A stretch of 64,000 nt of DNA, taken from NCBI GenBank assembly GCA_044892525.1, contig CM097886.1:126790001-126854000 (forward strand), read 5' to 3'. A model generated the notes under the pieces. That model was not told the origin of the DNA. It searched no databases and saw only the letters and a list, made by a program, of their open reading frames with translations. The DNA comes from Schmidtea polychroa. Its lineage: Eukaryota. A program made the position numbers and the translations under genes. This document shows positions 61,101 through 64,000 of this stretch, one piece after another; position 1 is the stretch's first letter, and every line of letters begins with the position of its first letter.

Positions 61101-64000
61101 ATTGTCATGCACAGATCTTGGAAATGGAAAGATTCAAGTCGAATATCTACCAGAATTGTCTGGAGAATACAGCGTTAGAGTTCTTTGCAATGATAGTGAT
61201 ATCCAGAACTCTCCATTCATGGTACCCATCACTCCAGCGTTGTTAGACAAATGCGATCTAACCAAAGTTTGAGATCAGTTATAATAAATATGGCTTAATA
61301 TTAATTTCCAGGCCAAAGTATTTGGACCAGGAATCGAATCGAAACCTTTACCAGTTGACAAAGAGACCACGTTTACAGTGGATACTCGAGATTGTGAATC
61401 AGTCACACCAGCAGTTGCTAAATGTTATGATAAACAAGGAACACAACTTCCTCTAAAATCTGAAACGCAACCAAACGGTGTTCAACAGTTTGCATATAAA
61501 CCCAAGTCTGATGGTGAACATATTGTCCAAGTATTGATTGATAACAAAGAAATTCCTAATAGTCCTTTCAAAGTATCCCTTCATAATGTATTTTTTTATT
61601 CATTTCATTTTTCAGTTAAATGTTGAAAATGTGAAGCCCGTTGAAGCTAAAAAGCTATCCGATGGAATTATGGTATATGGACCTGGCCTTAAAGATGCTG
61701 ATATTAATTCTGATTCTCCAAACCATTTTTATGTCGACTGTCGACTCTGCGATAGCCCATCTTCCTCCATTCCGAAGGTTGAACTCTTTGATGATAACAA
61801 CAAAGTAGTTCCATCAGAAATTAAACCTACAAAAACTCCAGACCTTTATGAAGTTACTTATAAACCTCTAGAAAATCCCAATAACAAAGCATTGCATCCT
61901 AAAGTGACAGTGGGAGGCGAAGATATCCCAGGAAGTCCATTCACTATTCCATTAACTAAAAAGGATGAGGATTCCAATTATTGTGGAACATTAGAAGATT
62001 TGAAACCAAGTAAATAAAATGTCTGCTTTGTAAGATAATATATTTTGATAGATGTAAAACTACAATTGCCTCAGACGTTTAAGGTCAAGTTGAATGAAGG
62101 AACCAAATCAACACCATGTGTAACAATTTCGGATAAAAATGGAGTTGCAGTTGAGCCAGTACTTGTTGAAAAAGTGAGCCCGAACACATATCAAGCTACG
62201 TACACTCCAATCCAACCTGGCCAGCATATAATTTTGGCCTCGGCCGATGGGAAACCTGTTGCTAAAACTCCCGTTGTCGTGTCAGTTGTGGAGGAAATAC
62301 CTGAAAATGTTGAGAAGATCAAAGTAGAAGGTCTTGCACCGAGTAAGATCTTTTATATTATTTTTCAGATTAGCAAAATTTATTTTAGTGATTGAAGTTA
62401 ACGCTCCTCAAACCTTTAAAATTTTGTCGCCAGAAAAGACAATTAATCCTGATCTAGTTGATGTTCAAGTTTTAAATCCAACCAATAAAATCATTCCGAT
62501 TCTCAAAGAAGCTGTGCGAGATGGAACAAAAGTTACATATGTTCCAGAAGAAAATGGACCACATACTATTGGATGCTGGGTTCAAGACCAACCTATCAAT
62601 GAAACTCCCTGTATTGTGAAATCTCTTCCAAAAGCCAATATTCATGAAGCCATAAACAAAAAACCAAGTCCAGCCACATTAGCCGTTGAAGAACAAGGTA
62701 AATTTGCTTTCATTTTTGATTTGAATACTACTTTATATTTAGGAAGCCAAGTAGGCAAGCCTTGTTCCTTTACAATTGTGAAGGACAATATTAATGATGA
62801 CATACATAACGTCGATGTTGTCGTTTTGTCACCTGACGACCATCAGCCTATCCCTGTCAAAAAAACAAAATTGCCCAAAGGACTTTTATGTGAATTTGTA
62901 CCAAAGAAAGCCGGTCCATATTCATTGGCAGCTTCTGTTGATAATACTCCCATTAAAGGCTCACCCGAAACAATAGTTATCCTAGAAAGTTCATTAATAA
63001 AAGAAGAACCAATCTTGCAAGAGCAAATTAAAACCTTGAAAGCTGGAAATCCACATAATCCAACACAGAAAGCCAATCCTGGAAAGAACAATAAACCTTA
63101 TACCGCATTAGAAGAAGCCATCAAGGAAATGAAAGTTAGTGAATAAAGTAAATAACATTAGTAAATATTATTGTAGGAAGCCGCTGTCGAAACCAGCAAG
63201 TGGCCACAAAGCAAACCTGATCAACCATCTTCAAAGGTTTTAGTTTATGGAGAAGGACTAGAAAAGGTTGCTGCTAAAGAAAAGGCAACCTTTACCATTG
63301 ATTCTAAAGATGCCCCGTCAGCTCCAATTGGAGTAACAGTTGAAGGTCCTGGTGAGGCAATTATTGATTGCGTGGACAATGGTGATGGAACATGTGGTGT
63401 TGCATATGAAGTACCAGTACCAGGATTGTACACAATTAATGTCCTCTACGATAATGTACACATTCCTCAAAGCCCAATTATTGTGCCAGTTTATCCTAAG
63501 GACAATAAAAATTTAGATTTGTCTACAATAACTACCTCTGGTCCTGGACTCAGCCCTGAAGGTTAGGAAATTAATACGATAATGCATCTTCAAATAACTT
63601 CTAGGAGTATTTAAAGATTGTTTCGCTAAATTTACCGTAGACGCTTCTGAGGTCAGTCCAAACGGACAGGGAACTGTTAAAGCGCTGGTTCAAAGCCCAT
63701 CTGGTAAACAAACTAGTGGTCTAATAGACAATCTTAAAAATGGGAATTATGTAGTTCGATACACGCCTACAGAAGAAGGTAATACTTCATTATTAATTAT
63801 AAACCGTCACCCTATATGTAGGCCCACATAAAATTAATGTGATGTATGAAGGACTTCCTATTCAAGGGAGTCCTTTTGTTGTGAAAGCTAAACCTGGATT
63901 TAATGCTCAACTAGTGACAGCAAGTGGACCCGGACTTCATTCATGTAAAGTTAATGAGAAAACTCAGTTTATTGTCGATCTTGATGGAGCAGGTCACGGA
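47153..64000 (+). CDS. FLN: Filamin (actin-binding CH1-CH2 plus Ig-like repeats), 3'-partial, with expanded repeat rod
   Basis: ATG at 47153; [15 protein letters not shown]...[18 protein letters not shown] (CH1), PKQRILSW...[12 protein letters not shown] (CH2), then about 36 Ig repeats of the type V.AYGPGL...SPF.V, all joined by frame-consistent 40-60 nt introns except two long ones; no in-frame stops seen in the exons. Confidence 0.95.
49062..49159. repeat. Compound (TAA)n(TAC)n(TAA)n microsatellite in filamin intron
   Basis: Direct reading of sequence. Confidence 0.95.
56318..56392 (+). mobile_element. Non-LTR (LINE, CR1/L2/Jockey-like) reverse transcriptase fragment in filamin intron
   Basis: [25 protein letters not shown] resembles the LINE RT domain-0 motif FN.SL..G.FP..LK.AKVIP.YK. 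Confidence 0.5.
56469..56696. repeat. Long inverted repeat abutting an assembly gap
   Basis: Arms 56469-56544 and 56620-56696 (76/77 bp, 1 mismatch, 1 indel), 75-nt spacer. Confidence 0.9.

Larger units (their letters stand above)
49864..61572 (+). repeat. Intragenic tandem array of seven four-Ig-domain filamin cassettes (last one three domains)
   Basis: Cassette starts at 49864, 51220, 52613, 54079, 55473, 59201, 60595; units 4-7 nearly identical including introns, period 1394 bp (unit 5 is 2334 bp longer because of one long intron). Confidence 0.93.

Noticed and set aside
54079-61572. Regular repeats as a CRISPR-like array or satellite
   Set aside because: Units are 1.4-kb in-frame exon/intron cassettes of a eukaryotic gene. 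No tRNA, rRNA or CRISPR signature was seen anywhere in the window.

Overview
Eukaryotic (metazoan, probably protostome invertebrate; species not determinable from sequence alone) genomic window, AT-rich, standard genetic code, five assembly gaps (1738-1991, 13093-13238, 45118-45399, 49443-49852, 56697-56966). Six intron-containing or single-exon genes: 3' part of axonemal dynein heavy chain 1 (+, 1-15062), exportin-7 (-, 15291-20396+), an uncharacterised protein with C-terminal ankyrin repeats (+, 25475-30392), mitochondrial DnaJ DNAJA3/Tid1 (-, 32777-36809), a KCTD8/12/16-type BTB protein (-, 45505-46245) and the 5' part of a filamin (+, 47153 to beyond 64000). Most introns are 40-60 nt; the few long introns and intergenic spacers hold transposon debris (TTAA-flanked MITEs, a complete-ended hAT element with an 8-bp TSD, a Ty3/Gypsy relic with a nested solo LTR, foldback palindromes, TAA microsatellites). 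The most striking features are: (1) a giant filamin in which a four-Ig cassette equivalent to filamin domains 3-4-5(-6) is tandemly repeated seven times, three old diverged copies plus four near-identical 1394-bp copies; (2) a sharp AT-rich 5' exon / GC-rich 3' exon step inside three neighbouring genes; (3) relaxed splice signals (many GTT donors, AAG acceptors, one GC donor lacking the usual consensus). All gene models and counts were made by hand; no database searches were run.
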